Shown: positions 14,295-27,554 of the stretch, one piece after another
Layout: the number at the start of each line of letters is the position of its first letter
Position numbering within the stretch: position 1 is the first letter of the stretch
Assembly: GCA_951406725.2 (NCBI GenBank)
Contig: OX597820.1
Location: forward strand, 28,892,001 to 28,956,000
Length of the DNA stretch: 64,000 bases
Direction: 5' to 3'
From: Octopus vulgaris
Lineage: Eukaryota
The notes under the pieces: generated by a model
Seen by the model: only the letters and a program-made list of their open reading frames with translations
What the model was told of the DNA's origin: nothing
The model's database searches: none
Program-made: the position numbers and the translations under genes

Positions 14295-14640
14295 TAGTAG
14301 TTCTCAACCATTTTTTAAATATCAACACCATTCATTACTACTTTACTCTAGCGAACCCCCATAACCATTCTATGTTTTAAAACTAGTTTTATAGATACTT
14401 CTTTCAAAATTCCTATTTTGTTTGTTATACATTCATTTGTATACACTCTCTGAGAGAACATGTTTCACTGACTGGAAACATGTTGAATTCTGTGTTTCTT
14501 GCAATAAATACAACGAAAGCAAAATTTTGTCCTTGACCACTAAAATATTACCATTCGCAACATTCCTCAATTGACTGTTTTGCTTGTGTCTCTCAAAAAA
14601 TCTTTTATGAACACCCAGGGATCATATGGACCACTAATCT
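14295..14640. mobile_element. Possible hAT-type MITE remnant
   Basis: The left end tagtagttctcaacc resembles the CAGTGGTTCTCAACC hAT terminus; the right end is degraded. Confidence 0.3.
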
Positions 14641-14834
14641 AACTTTTCGTTTCTGACTGGAATTAATTTCAGCTCAGTTATAATCCAGGCCAAACCAGCA
14701 AGTGTCGAACAGCTCTTAATCTCAGGCACCCCCAAAACCACCCGTCCGAATAAATTTCAACTGAAGAATTTGAAATTTTATGAATTCTTAAGGACTCAAT
14801 GACCGTAAAACATGATATATTTTATTTCCTAATA

Positions 14835-15050
14835 ATAGTTTCAAATTTTTAGCGCAAAGCCAACAGGTTTGGGGGCAAGGAGTAAGTTGTATACATCGAC
14901 TCCAGTACTCAACTGGTACTTATTTTATCGACCCTGAAAGGATGAAAGGCAAAGTGAACCTCGGCGGAATTTGAACTCGGCATGTGAAGACGAGCGAAAT
15001 GCTGCTTAGCATTTTGCCCGGCGTGCTAACGATTCTCCCAGCTCACCGTC
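14835..15050 (-). mobile_element. SINE family A, short-tail form
   Basis: aactggtacttattttatcgaccctgaaaggatgaaaggcaaagtgaacctcggcggaatttgaactc..gcccggcgtgctaacgattctcccagctcacc. Confidence 0.9.
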
Positions 15051-15109
15051 TTATTCTATTATTTAATAATGAGTTCGTTATTGTATTTGTTGTTGCTTTT
15101 TTTTTTGTT

Positions 15110-15870
15110 TTAACTTCCGCCTTGGTCAACACTGATTCTGTTGTCGTGCAATCAAACGTGGCCATCATGTTTTAGTGATATTTAGTCTATATTCTCTCGT
15201 ATGTCCATTGCCTCTTTAGGTTGGCAGTACGAGTTTTGCTGGAGACTTGGTTGTTATTTCTAGAAGATCAAATGCCTGCAGAGGCTCTTTTATTGTTATT
15301 ATCGTCACATGTAAAGTATTAAATGCGTTGAAGTAGCATTGTTCTTCTGTTTAAATTCCATTTATTACTATTATGTTCGTTAAAGTTCAGACGTAGATTA
15401 GCCGTAATCAAGCCGTGGCCATATCGCTGGCAGGGTTCTTGTTATTACATAACCTCCTGTCGCGTGTGAATGAGTTGGCCTATGATCAAAAGCGTTCCAG
15501 CTTTGACCATCCCATGTTTTTTTATCCAGGTACATTCGAGGAGATACTGAAAAGTTCCTGGTTTTAAGGGTATTGCGAAAGGCCTGGTTGGAGAGTTAAC
15601 CTTTTAAGTGCTTTTAAAGGGCTTAGAAAAACAGAAGGACCACTGTAGTAAGTGTGTGAATCTGAGAGGTGAATAGGTTGAAATATATCAATTAACTGAT
15701 CATCCTGTATTTTCTTTCACCCAAATCCAGGAACTTTTCAGCACTCATCCTCTCTCTTATTTAAGAACCCTTTATCGAATGTGAACTATTTTTCCCTAAA
15801 CACTATGATTTAACATATAAAAGAGCTCTGTGTGTTATTTGTAGCATATCAAGCGAACTTAGAAGTCTAC
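15110..15870 (-). mobile_element. Two diverged copies of dispersed repeat family D; the second is interrupted by MITE M
   Basis: Shared motif g(a)cttggttgttatttctagaagatc / tgttatttgtagcatatcaagcga, also seen at ~29060-29100 and ~36570-36600, and in reverse at ~43245 and ~45380. Confidence 0.5.
15537..15750. mobile_element. Mariner-derived MITE (family M), opposite orientation to 8441
   Basis: TIRs ctgaaaagttcctgg / ccaggaacttttcag. Confidence 0.85.
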
Positions 15871-16549
15871 CCGTTGTGTACCATCTGGTCAGCAGTTCAC
15901 ACGACTGCATAAAAGTTATCTCGTAGGCTGTTATTTATCCTTGTTATTCTGTAGGCTAAGTGTATATACAAGCACATTATTCAACGTATCCATCATTTTT
16001 ATATTTTTTACTATAAACATGTGTATTTAGGGAAGGATTTGCATTCATCGTTGTCTCTGATAAAATCACTATGATGTTCTAAAATCGAGTGAAACGACGA
16101 GGCTTTTGCATTAACAGATTTTGTGCCTAAGACAAATACATCATTATTTATTATATCTTATACTGGCAAGCTGCCACATATTATATATTCCTTTTTAACC
16201 GTTTCCAACAATACATTGCCAATTGCTTCGCTGGTTCTGTTTCACTTTTTTGTATTGTCTTGCAACAGTAAATTGGCATGTCTCAAGATGTTATTAGCCA
16301 ATATTTTATTGCAGTTAACAAAGAAACAAAAAAAACTGAAAGGCCTGGAAAACGTTGTTTTCATAAATTTGACACAACAATATTTATTTGGTTTGGAAAG
16401 GAGCTTTTGAAAGAAGTAAAATTATAGAAAGAGTATTAACGCTTATTTGAAATATTAGCTACATTGATTTCATTTTTGATATAGTGAAAATGTATCTCAT
16501 TTCGCCCTAAACATACGCACAAACACACAGACACAGACACACAATTTGC

Positions 16550-16618
<69 letters not shown>

Positions 16619-16619
16619 C

Positions 16620-16654
<35 letters not shown>

Positions 16655-16683
16655 AAGATAGATAGACAGACAGACAGATAGAC

Positions 16684-16761
<78 letters not shown>

Positions 16762-17075
16762 GTTTCTTTATTGGCCACACAGGGCTGCACACAGATAGGA
16801 CAAGTTACAAGGTAGAGCTTTTCTTTTGGGGGAGAAAAAAAAAGTTGGCGTAGGTTTTCGATCAAAAGGGATCGTAAAAGGAAAAACAGAACAAAAAAAA
16901 AAGAAAAAAAAGAAAAAAAAGGAAAAGAAAAAAAAGAAAAAAGATAGATAGATAGATAGGTAGATAGGTAGGTAGGTAGGTAGGTAGGTAGGTAGGTAGG
17001 TAGGTAGGTAGGTAGGTAGGTAGGTAGGTAGGTAGGTAGGTAGGTAGGTAGGTAGGTAGGTAGGTAGGCAGATAG
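16550..17075. repeat. (GATA)n tract, split by an insertion, grading into (GGTA)n
   Basis: Directly visible. Confidence 0.95.
16762..16945 (-). mobile_element. 3' terminal fragment of a LINE, probably Tx1-like, inserted in (GATA)n
   Basis: The minus-strand end ttgtcctatctgtgtgcagccctgtgtggccaataaagaaa resembles the ends at 47397 and 49161; paralogous to 56745-56976. Confidence 0.55.
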
Positions 17076-17294
17076 ATTATTGCATTAAACTAACAAGTGA
17101 TACGATATTATTGATCTATAATGTAACAGAATATACTGTAATAAAATGTTCAATATTTATCAGTTTTAAAGATTCATCATATATTAGAAAAGAAGACAGG
17201 GACAAGATATGATGGTAATGTTTACATAAGTATCATTTAAATGTAATTTCTGATGAAGATAATGAAAGATGATTCGAAAATGAATGCAAACGCT

Positions 17295-17344
<50 letters not shown>

Positions 17345-17543
17345 CAAACACGCACACACATGTATGTATATATGTATATAGACATAAATACATATATGCA
17401 TGTATGCATACATACACACACATACACACATATATAAATATATAGATATATAATATATTATATATAATATTATATATATACATATATATATATATTGATA
17501 AAAGTGGTAAGACAACAAAAGAATGAAAGATATATATATACAT

Positions 17544-17608
<65 letters not shown>

Positions 17609-17911
17609 CATACATATAATCACCGGAAAAGAAGGACAACAATGATTCTAGAAAGAGAATTTCTAATCAACTGCTGTCAAAAATCTCATTACGAAGGAGA
17701 ATACCATTGGCCAATAAGAAAGAGATTCATAACCCCATAAATAGCGACAACGTCTAAACATTATTAAAATTTCACTATAAATCGAACAAGCAAAAAATAA
17801 TATTCATTTATTCAATGAAATCCTTCAAGTTTCCTTTCCAAAATGATATTATTGTTTATTATCAATTAATAGTTCCTATGACATGTATCGGCGTTAGAAT
17901 AAACTAAAGGA

Positions 17912-17942
<31 letters not shown>

Positions 17943-17944
17943 TA

Positions 17945-18282
17945 TATTAAATTAGAGATAAAACCACTATTAGGCAAATCAAACAATGAAAAACTTAAGC
18001 CAATACATAAAATTAATTAATGTATATTATTTTAAATATATATAAAAAGTATTAAAAATTTAATAGAATATAATGAGTAAAACACTACGATCGTTTCATG
18101 GCTGTCCAATTCGTAATAATTCGAGTTATGGTTACAGTCAATCTTCAGGTAATTGAAATATTTATCTTAGCGAGGTTTTGGCTTTATCTCTAATTTAATA
18201 TAATATAATATTTTACAATAAAATTGGATTCAATCCTAAATCTGATTTTTCCCTGTAAGTTTGAATTTATTCACTAATATTT
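17945..18282. mobile_element. Penelope-like pLTR fragment with an inverted terminal segment and a hammerhead motif (family E)
   Basis: ttaaattagagataaaacc at ~17947 recurs inverted at ~18174-18200. Same family as 38794-39178; flanked by (TA)n on both sides. Confidence 0.6.
18081..18153 (-). ncRNA. Type I hammerhead-ribozyme-like motif
   Basis: Minus strand: uac-CUGAAGA-u ugacugu...acagcca u-GAAA-cgaucg-UA-gug. Palindromic stem III (acgaucgu), long imperfect stem II, short stem I. Confidence 0.6.
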
Positions 18283-18355
<73 letters not shown>

Positions 18356-18357
18356 AT

Positions 18358-18654
18358 CTTCTTTTCTTTATTTGTTTCAGTCATTGGTCTGCAGCCATTC
18401 TGGAGTACTATCTTATTGGATTTTAGTCGAAAGTGTCGGTCCCAATTATTACGATTTCTCTATCTGTCTACTTTCCTATCCGCTCTATTACCGGTTTTCA
18501 AGCGCTGGAGGGTACAAACACAAGTAAAAAGACACCAAAACACACGCGTATATATATTTATGTACGACGTGCTTCCACACAGTTCCCATCTACCAAATTC
18601 ATTCACGTGGCATTGGCCATCCCGGTGTTACAGTAGAAGACACTTGTTCTAGGG
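18358..18654 (-). mobile_element. SINE family B, diverged and 5'-truncated
   Basis: tgtttcagtcattgg..gcagccat..tctaccaaattcattcac..tagaagacacttg. Confidence 0.75.
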
Positions 18655-19601
18655 GCATTATTTAACTTTGTCATGTTCCTGAAAACCCAGGAAACACTAT
18701 CGTAGAGCCTGTATTAATAATCAATTAAAATCCAGAAGCGAGAACCAAGAAAAAATTTAATTCCACATGTTTACAGTTGTTTCATGATTCACGTTCAGTT
18801 ACATCAACGACGCCTATTTCAAAGTTTTATATAGGTCTCGCACCCTATTTTGTATATCCCTTATTCACCTCTCTCATTATCTTTTAATATTTTTTCTCTA
18901 GAAATTTGTCCAGTTTCTTACAACTTCTACCTCTCACTTCTCAGGGGTTTTAATGGCTCATACACTCCTACACCACACACACTCACACACACACACTCAC
19001 ACACACATACACACACATAAATACATTATTGTCCCAGTTATTCGTTCCGCGCTATGGTTTCAAAGTAGCATCCAAATAAATTGAACACAGTGCTCGGCGA
19101 AATTTTATACTACAACTTAAAACAGCACCAGCAAGAATAACTACGATATGTCCACATCTCTCAAACATAGATCCGACATCGTGGCTACGACTCACTAATA
19201 AATGTTGTTAATAGTATAGCCGGGTTCTTCGAAATGTTTGTTCTATGTTTGTCTAACTGAACTCTGAGATATTTCGGTGCCTGACATTAGAATTTCAGTC
19301 GTCGTAAAGAACGGTGTACTCAGAAAAGCGTCGATGTAAATCATTATATTCGAAGAAATAAATGTATTCTGCTCCGTTATTTGCATAGACATTTTTATCA
19401 CATTTGTATGTGTTTGCAGGAATATGCGTGAGTGTGGGCGTATTATATAAGTATTCCATATACGCATAGGTGTATATGTGCGTGTGTGTGCATGTAAATG
19501 TGTATAACTGTCAGTCTGTGCGAAGATGCACATATATGTGTATACATAAATTTATATATATATATTGTCTAAATGTGTATATGTGTGCCTGTTTGTATGT
19601 A

Positions 19602-19972
19602 TGTGGCTGGTAAGTAGCTTGCTTACCAACCACATGGTTCCGGGTTCAGTCCCATAGCGTGGCACCTAAGGCAAGTGTCTTCTACTATAGCCTCGGGCCG
19701 ACCAAAGCCTTGTGAGTGTATTTGGTAGACAGAAACTGAAAGAAGCCGTCGTATATATGTATATGTATATATATATGTGTTTGTGTGTGTGTTTGTGTGT
19801 CTGTGTTTGCCCCTCCTCCAACAACCGATGCTGGTGTGTTTGCCTCCCCGTAACTTAGCGGTTCGGCAAAGGAAACCGATAGAATAAGTACTAGGCTTAC
19901 AAACAATAAGTTCTGGGGGTCTGCGGGGCTCCAGCATGGCCGCAGTCAAGTGACTGAAACAAGTAAAAGAGT
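19602..19972 (+). mobile_element. SINE family B, near full length
   Basis: Head ggtaagtagcttgcttaccaaccacatggttccgggttcagtccc (B-box-like), core cacctaaggcaagtgtctt, tail ccagcatggccgcagtcaagtgactgaaacaagtaaaagag. Confidence 0.9.
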
Positions 19973-20269
19973 ATATGTTTGTGTGTACGTGTGTTTGTGT
20001 GCGTGCGTCAGTGTGTGTGTGTGTGTGCTTACTTGAATTGTTCCTCTGAGGAAATAGTTGGTTTCTAACACAAATACAAAACTCCATCGTTGGAAGGGAG
20101 ATAACAAAACAATGTCACATTTTAACCGTGAAAAATGTCTTGCATATCTTTACTGTTCCACTTACAGATTTTATATGTAATGTGCGATTTAGTTGGTCGA
20201 TTTCTTTTTTTGTTTTTTTGTTTTTTGAAGCCCCTATCTTTTTCATATTGTCACTTGGATATTTACTTA

Positions 20270-21050
20270 CAAAAACCTGGTGCATCAATTTTTATTGATG
20301 CACTAGGTTTTGTGAGTAAAATTATTATTGGTATAAATGTGAATTTAACATCTGGATTTAGGAGCTGGAGATTTCCAAGCAGTCGTCCATAGTTGTCCTC
20401 TTCCTCAAATTTTCAAAGGGCTATTCACGTCAGCTACACAGCTGGTACATACTTTCTCTTATCTGTCCCAAGCAACATCCGGCATGTGATGTTTATATCT
20501 GACAGTTGTTTTGATGGGAATGTTTCCCCAGTATTTTTTTTTTATGTCTGCGTACGTATTCAATAACAAGTTCAGTCTCTATTTTATTCCAGGATAGTCT
20601 TTTTTTCCGAATGGTGTTGTGTATTGTTTTTGCGGCAACATCGTGTCACATAAGGAGGTAATACCTTGATAAAATTTTGGGGCAGCTGCTAATCACGTGT
20701 CATGTCTTACTATAGAAATATGACAACGTATATTTTCTGTTACATCTTGGAGCTCCAAGGCTTTCGCTGTCTCTTTTGTTTATTAGGCATTTCGTAATGA
20801 TCTGTTCTTGTATGGCAAATGCATAGCCTTCGAAGTGTGAAGTGACCTAGCGCTCACGAGTCCACGAGAGGCCACGCTTCATGCCGGTATTATTGTCTTC
20901 TTCAAGTTTTCGGGAGACATATCCATGCACGGCGTTTTTTAGTTGCTGAGTATTTCACATCCAGATCTTCTTTGAAATATGCTAGTCCGGCTGTTTGTAG
21001 GTTGTATGGTATGGTATGTATTCCCGATTTAAGTGCATCGCAAAAGACTT
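20270..21050 (-). mobile_element. Degenerate R4/Dong-like LINE (zinc knuckle and RLE endonuclease region)
   Basis: Minus-strand peptides: VHGYVSRKLEE..SHFEGYAFAIQEQII, HVISSCPKILSRYYLLM*HDVAAKTIH, KHHMPDVAWD, DNYGRLLGNLQLLNPDVKFTFIPIII. Confidence 0.8.
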
Positions 21051-21084
21051 GGTTCGAGGCCCAAAGATCCGAAACTTAGGAACG

Positions 21085-21207
21085 CTGAAGGACCGCTGCA
21101 ATAATTGTGTGAATCTCAGCAGGGAACTTGTTGAATAAAATTATCATTAATTGATCCGCCTGTAATTCTTTTACCCAAAGACAGGAAATGTTCAGCACCC
21201 ACTCATA
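21085..21207. mobile_element. Partial MITE family M
   Basis: ctgaaggaccgctgcaataattgtgtgaatctc..cccaaagacaggaaatgttcagcacc. Confidence 0.75.
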
Positions 21208-21344
21208 TGTATGTGTGTATGTATGTATGTATGTATGTATGTATGTATGTATGTATGTATGTATGTATGCATCTATCTATGTATGCATGCATGTATGTGT
21301 GTGTGAATGAATGTGTGTGTGTGTATGTGTGTGTTTGTATGTAT

Positions 21345-21690
21345 ACCGGGTTGAACAAAATATGGAAACACCACTTTTATTAAACTATATTTTCTGCCGT
21401 CAGTATGACTAATTCAAAGCTGTTGGGGACTGTATATGCTTCTTCATGTTATACACTATGTATGATTTGTATTTCATGATATTGCTCTCAGTTTTTCTTT
21501 AAAGTCTGATTTTTTCTTTTTTTTTTTTAGATATTTATATTTCAATAATTTAAAGGCATGACCTCTATGATTACCAAAGGGAATGAATTGTGTCAGCGTC
21601 TATGGTTAAATCTTCACGCACTAAAACTATCACAAAGACAGATCGCAGAAGCCTGAAACGTAATATTAAAAAAAAATGAGAAAAACCCAT
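21345..21690 (+). mobile_element. Possible left end of a Tc1-like element
   Basis: ta-ccgggttgaacaaaatatggaaacacc is TIR-like; downstream RTKTITKTDRRSLKRNIKK resembles the Tc1 GRPR linker region. Confidence 0.4.
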
Positions 21691-21859
21691 CGATCTACGA
21701 CAGCTATAGAGAAAGCGAAGCTAAAATAATATCCAGACAGCATCATATTAACCCTATTTTGTTAAGGTGTGGAATTAAGTAGGGCGGAGAAAATTATTGG
21801 GTTACGTAGTGAGGTGATATTAAGGTGATAGAGATGCGTGCTCGTATGTGAATGTAAAG

Positions 21860-22609
21860 CGTAAAGCAAATAAGCAGAAAGAAGAAAAATCCTAAATTTT
21901 ATTTAATTTGCTCTGCGGGAGCAACTGTTTTATCGAAAGTGTATATTGCTGTTAAAAGTTGCAGAGAGTGCATGGAGAGGTGTGAATGAGCCACACACAA
22001 GTGTACGAGTGGTTCAGACGTTTCCAAGATGGCCGAAAAAATGTTGATAATGACGAACGTTCTGGGAGACCAGCAACCTGCAGAACTGGGAAAAACATCG
22101 CAGATGTGCATGCAGTTGTGAGGGGAAATCGTCAAATCACCATCTATGAGTTCTCAGAGGATGTGCAGATTAATTACTATTCAGTTCAGTCCATTACAAC
22201 TGAAGGTTTATATATGAGAAACGTGCCCGCTAAGTTTGTGCCAAAACTGCTCTCAGTTGACCAAAATGACATTCGGAATTCAGTTGCACAAAATCTCTTT
22301 AATCGTGTCGAGAACGATAAAAACTTTTGGGAAACTTTGCGTCGGCGTCTGAGGAGGTATCGCCAAGCTTTTGGCAAAATTTGATGCAGATTCTCCGCTC
22401 AACTTTCTCTGCCATGGTCAATGGAACGAACACACGCTATACACGTTACTTCCAAGCACTACTGTAAACGGCGAATAAGAGCTACAACAATAAACCTCTG
22501 TGTACATGCGCAGCAGTGTTCAACGTCAATTTGTACCAAGCAGCTCTACTCTGCTTGCTTTACCTTCATTACTATGGCAACAGTCCGGACCCTTACTGAT
22601 CAGACCACT
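21860..22609 (+). mobile_element. Internally deleted mariner element
   Basis: Contains a mariner N-terminal ORF and ends in TIR-like acagtccggacccttactgatcagaccac followed by TA. Confidence 0.8.
21986..22384 (+). pseudogene. Mariner transposase DNA-binding (HTH) fragment; catalytic domain deleted
   Basis: MSHTQVYEWFRRFQDGRKNVDNDERSGRP..RQITI..AKFVPKLLS: typical Mos1-like HTH and WVP(H/K)xL linker. Confidence 0.85.
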
Positions 22610-23079
22610 ATGTATATGTATATGTTAATTTCTTTGTGTATTTGCTATATCCATGTATATATGTATGTATATATATATATATATACGTGTGTGTGTGTGC
22701 ATACGTAGTTATATGTACGCATATATGTATATAAATGTGTGCGTGTATGCGTACGCGTGTGTACGCTTATACATGTGTGTATGTGCATTTGTGTGTGTGC
22801 GCGCGCATGAGCATGTGCATGCGCGTGTGCATGTGTGCGTGAGAGAGAGAGAAAGAGACAGTGAGAGAACGGAATTAATTTCTGTACCGAAATTCTCAGA
22901 TTAGAAGAAGATTAATTCGTAATAAATTTTGATATTTCTTGGTTCACATCCTCCTGTTGTGATTTTCCTGAACTTTTTGAGGTATTACTCATAAATGAAA
23001 GAGTGTGATGCTAAACTTTCCTTACAAAAGGTGAGTTCACTTCTCTTTCACCTCTATAGAATTATATGTGTATATGAGT

Positions 23080-23142
23080 GTGCGCGCATGAGGATATATA
23101 TGCATATGTATATGTATATACATATATACATATACATAAATG

Positions 23143-23202
<60 letters not shown>

Positions 23203-23443
23203 TATACATATATATATATGTATATATGTATATATATATACATATATATATATATGTATATATTTATATATATGCATATATATATATATATATATATATA
23301 CATACACATATATGTAATTATATATGTGCATGTATGTAAGAATTACAACTTTTTTACACTTTCATTCTTCTGTACAGAAATTAGTCCGCACGCGCACACA
23401 CATTTACACACATATGTACGCATAGATATACACACATGTGTAT

Positions 23444-23503
<60 letters not shown>

Positions 23504-24047
23504 GCATACATATATATATGTGTGTGTATGTGCACGACATATATATATATATTTGTAAATATGTGTTGTATATATGTTTATGAGCACATACACTCATAAG
23601 CACACAGTCACACATGCACACATATATATACGCCTACATATATTATATAAACACATATTATACACCTAAAGGATAGATATATAAATATATACATATATGT
23701 ATTCATATATATACATACATATACATATATACATTTATATATATGCATACATGCATACATTTATATATATGCATACATGCATACATTTATATATATGCAT
23801 ACATATACATATATATAGATATATAAATATATACATATATGTATTCATATATATACATACATATACATACATACATTTATATATATGCATACATGCATAC
23901 ATTTATATATAGATATATAAATATATACATATATGTATTCATATATATACATACATATACATACATACATTTATATATATGCATACATGCATACATTTAT
24001 ATATATATGCATACATATATATATATATACAGAATTACGTGCGTAGG

Positions 24048-24090
<43 letters not shown>
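23080..24090. repeat. Compound AT microsatellite region including a higher-order tandem repeat at ~23674-24010
   Basis: The unit tagatatataaatatatacatatatgtattcatatatatacatac..catttatatatatgcatacatgcatac recurs at ~23674, ~23816 and ~23910. Confidence 0.85.
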
Positions 24091-24093
<3 letters not shown>

Positions 24094-24654
24094 TATAGCT
24101 GGAAGGAATTTCTGTCCTTTACAGTGAAACTAAAAATGTGTGAATACCAACAAATTTCAGCATTTATTGCTTCGGAATCTTTCAATTGCGTACATAGTAG
24201 CTGAAGTCTCTTGGGGCGTTAATCATGAAATAAAAGGCAGCTATACAGTTATATACTACGACCACATTCAATGATTTGCTGCATTAACAGTTGAAATTAC
24301 TGTCTTATTATTTGATGATTTGCTTTGCTTTTTGTTCAATGCTATATCCTACGAAATATATATTTCCCTGGTTGTAAAGAAAATGATTGGAATTTTTTAT
24401 AAAACAGCAGGTTTAATTGTTTCGCTTTCCTTTTTAACAAGCAAATGTGTAGATATATCTTTATGGAAAGGGTGAATCGTGATAAACAAAGCTGACCATG
24501 TTCTTTGTAGTCTAGACTTAGTCTACACTTTATTCTTTATATGAAATCTGAAAAAGCAACTTTGGTTTTGTCCTTTTGTCCTTTTACATATTCTACAGTT
24601 CTCACTCTTTCATATTTTGCTATTTTGTATCCTTTGATCCGTTTCTGTCTCTCT

Positions 24655-24725
<71 letters not shown>

Positions 24726-25709
24726 TATTTCATAAACACACTTCCTCCATCTCTCTCCTTCTTTGTCTCATTTTCTCATTATCGTTTTCTCTCTCACACG
24801 TATTTTAGACTTTTTGTTTGTTTGTATTTTTTTCATTTCTTTTCAAATTAAATAATGGTTTTCCACCTTTATTAATCTTTAAATGTCGACGTTGACATCA
24901 ACTCTGCATTTAAAAGCTCTCAGCAATTTCTAAATATACTTTACCAATGGGCAGACGATAAGATCGGCAGTCTTCCGCCATTTGCATTTCAATTTTTATA
25001 CTCATTGTTAGTTATTCAACATTCAGTACCAAAATAGACATAAATAAAATAAATTGTAAACAAAACGATCTTTGCAAGCGGATTTGCCGGATTTACTTTA
25101 CATATCGATTATTCACATAAAATTGTGAGAAATAATTTAGTAGTTATGAGTTTGGCTTTTGTTATGTGTTTGATGAAATAAAAATTCTCTCATATAATTT
25201 GCTTTCAACTAAAAGCTCAGTAACTTTCTGTAGAGGCGGGGATATTGTCAATTGAACAGATTGCTGTGTTTTACTTCTAATTATTGAAAAGTTTCTATGT
25301 CTAATATTCGTAATGCAAGGTCATTGCTAAAACATTTAATTCACAAGTTTTGCAATTGCTTAACTTCGTATAATGGAAAACATGTGAACAAAGGAGCGTG
25401 GGCTTGTATCACACAGCCAGCACTATTTTGTATACCCGATTCAATTCTCAGGATTCTATTAATTTAAATCTAAATTGAAATTGGTGGCTGTTTACACACG
25501 CAACTCCCCGCTTTATATGCATGACGGACACGGCATAATTAACCTGTCTTTCGGTTAGAATGTTTGTGCTTAAATTTAGTGGGTCGAGAGAACGGCCATA
25601 GCACATGGATTCAATGGAACTCTGAGTACACACTATGACTGTTTAATTAATTCAATCAACACGGCAACCAACGTGGACTTGATATGTATCACTGGGTTTG
25701 ATTTAATTG

Positions 25710-25777
<68 letters not shown>

Positions 25778-27554
25778 TATTATCGCAATCGTAGGCGTCT
25801 TCGTCGTAGCGGTGGTCATCATTGTCTCGTTGGTATCGTTGTCGTCATTATCATCATCATTAACATTATCATCATTATTATCATCGTTCTAATACTCCGG
25901 GATAATACTGTAATTTCTTTAACCTGAGACGAATGAAAGCGAAGTTGTCCTCGATGGGGTTTGAACTTTGAGATATCTTCTGCTTCAGCTCACTGGCTCT
26001 GAAAGGTGTTCGATACTAGAGCGTGTTGCCGAGTAACTGACATGAAGTCGTTGTTTCTGTATTACAACAGATTTATGCTTAATTTAGTCTATATTTTACC
26101 TGTTAGTAGAAAATCCTGACAGGTGCAGAAACTGAGTTAGGCTGAAAATATTAAGGTTACCTATTTTATACTGTTCTCTGGGTGGGTGAACAAATAGATA
26201 GGATAGGGTTGCTCTGTGGTATCGATAAGATAGGGTTGCTCGGTGGCATAGGTGTCTTTCGAACACCTCCCACTAAAGCATCTTCGTCTTATCTTTGTCC
26301 GTAACTTAAGGACCCATGATCTACGTTGCAGCTGAAGATACCTGCCCAATGAAGTTACAATCGCAGCATTTGAGATGCACGTTTTCCGGCATTGTTATTT
26401 CGCCCTTTCAAGGCGTTAGGTCCTGGGGTAAGTGAAACTCAAGACAACTAGAACCTCTTCCGAGCCAAAGGATGGCTGCTGAAATTCCTGTTTATTAGAA
26501 ACTGCATTATCGCTCGCCAATACATCTTTTCTTCCTTTCGCTTTCACTCGTGAAAATTAACAAGTCCCAGGGCATGTCCCCTAGGCTGGGCTTGAACACT
26601 GTATTTCTGGGGGCTTATTACTGAGATAATATACACCTACACACAATTCTACACATGCATACACACATCTTTAAATTACAATATAAATTGTAATTTTCTC
26701 TCATAATTTAATTTTAAAAGAAGTCGTTCATTTAAGTTATGCTTTTTTTTTCTTCAGCGTCACCTTGTAAAATGCAAAACATTAAATTTTAATGAATATT
26801 GTATTAGATTATCAAAATTAATTTAGAATTCACTGATTTTGATTTAGTTTATAGAGGGAGAAAATCATTAAAGTTATGATTTTGTTTAGTGTCACCTTCT
26901 AATCAGAAAAATATCGAATTTAAATGAATATTACATCAGTTAGTCAGTGTGTGTGTATGTGTGTGTATGTGTGTGAATGTGTGCGTGTGTATGTGTAATA
27001 TTGTCTAATATTTTTTACATGACTAACGAGACACGTCTTTTTTTTGTTCATATTGTTCATATTATTCTCTGTTCTTTGTCAGTAATTTATTCCATGCTAC
27101 TGACCTACTCATCATGGTTATTTTAATTAGAGAAGAAAAACGGTTTGGCTTCTCTCTCCATATTAAAACCATTAGTGATATTCCCAATTACCGTCATCAT
27201 TCAGTATTCCAAATACTAATGACAACTGCAAAGCAAGAAATAAAGACATGTTAAGTTCAGTGTGTAATGAATATTTTATTCCGCGTTAAAACCAAATCAC
27301 TTTACATTTTCCGATTTCCTACTTAATATGTGTTTTCTCATTTTGTCTTTTGATACTTTTCATTGCTTTCTGGATTAATAGGAGGAACGGAGATCGAAGG
27401 CCTAGACCCCAAATGTTTGAAGTCTATCCTGATAAAGTACCGAAGTTTTAAGACCACCATCACATATGTGATGGAGTTTAACCGAGAGCCAGATGGTGTT
27501 TGACATTCACGGACAGCAACGGGTCCCCGGACGAGATTTCACGCAGCTTCTTAT

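Noticed and set aside
17248-17290. ctgatgaagataatgaaagatgattcgaaaa hammerhead candidate
   Set aside because: Stem II pairing is poor and there is no cleavage triplet or stem I.
26160-26620. Possible LINE ORF1 remnant in a GC-richer island with a 28-bp duplication
   Set aside because: Only vague peptide resemblance; no diagnostic motif.
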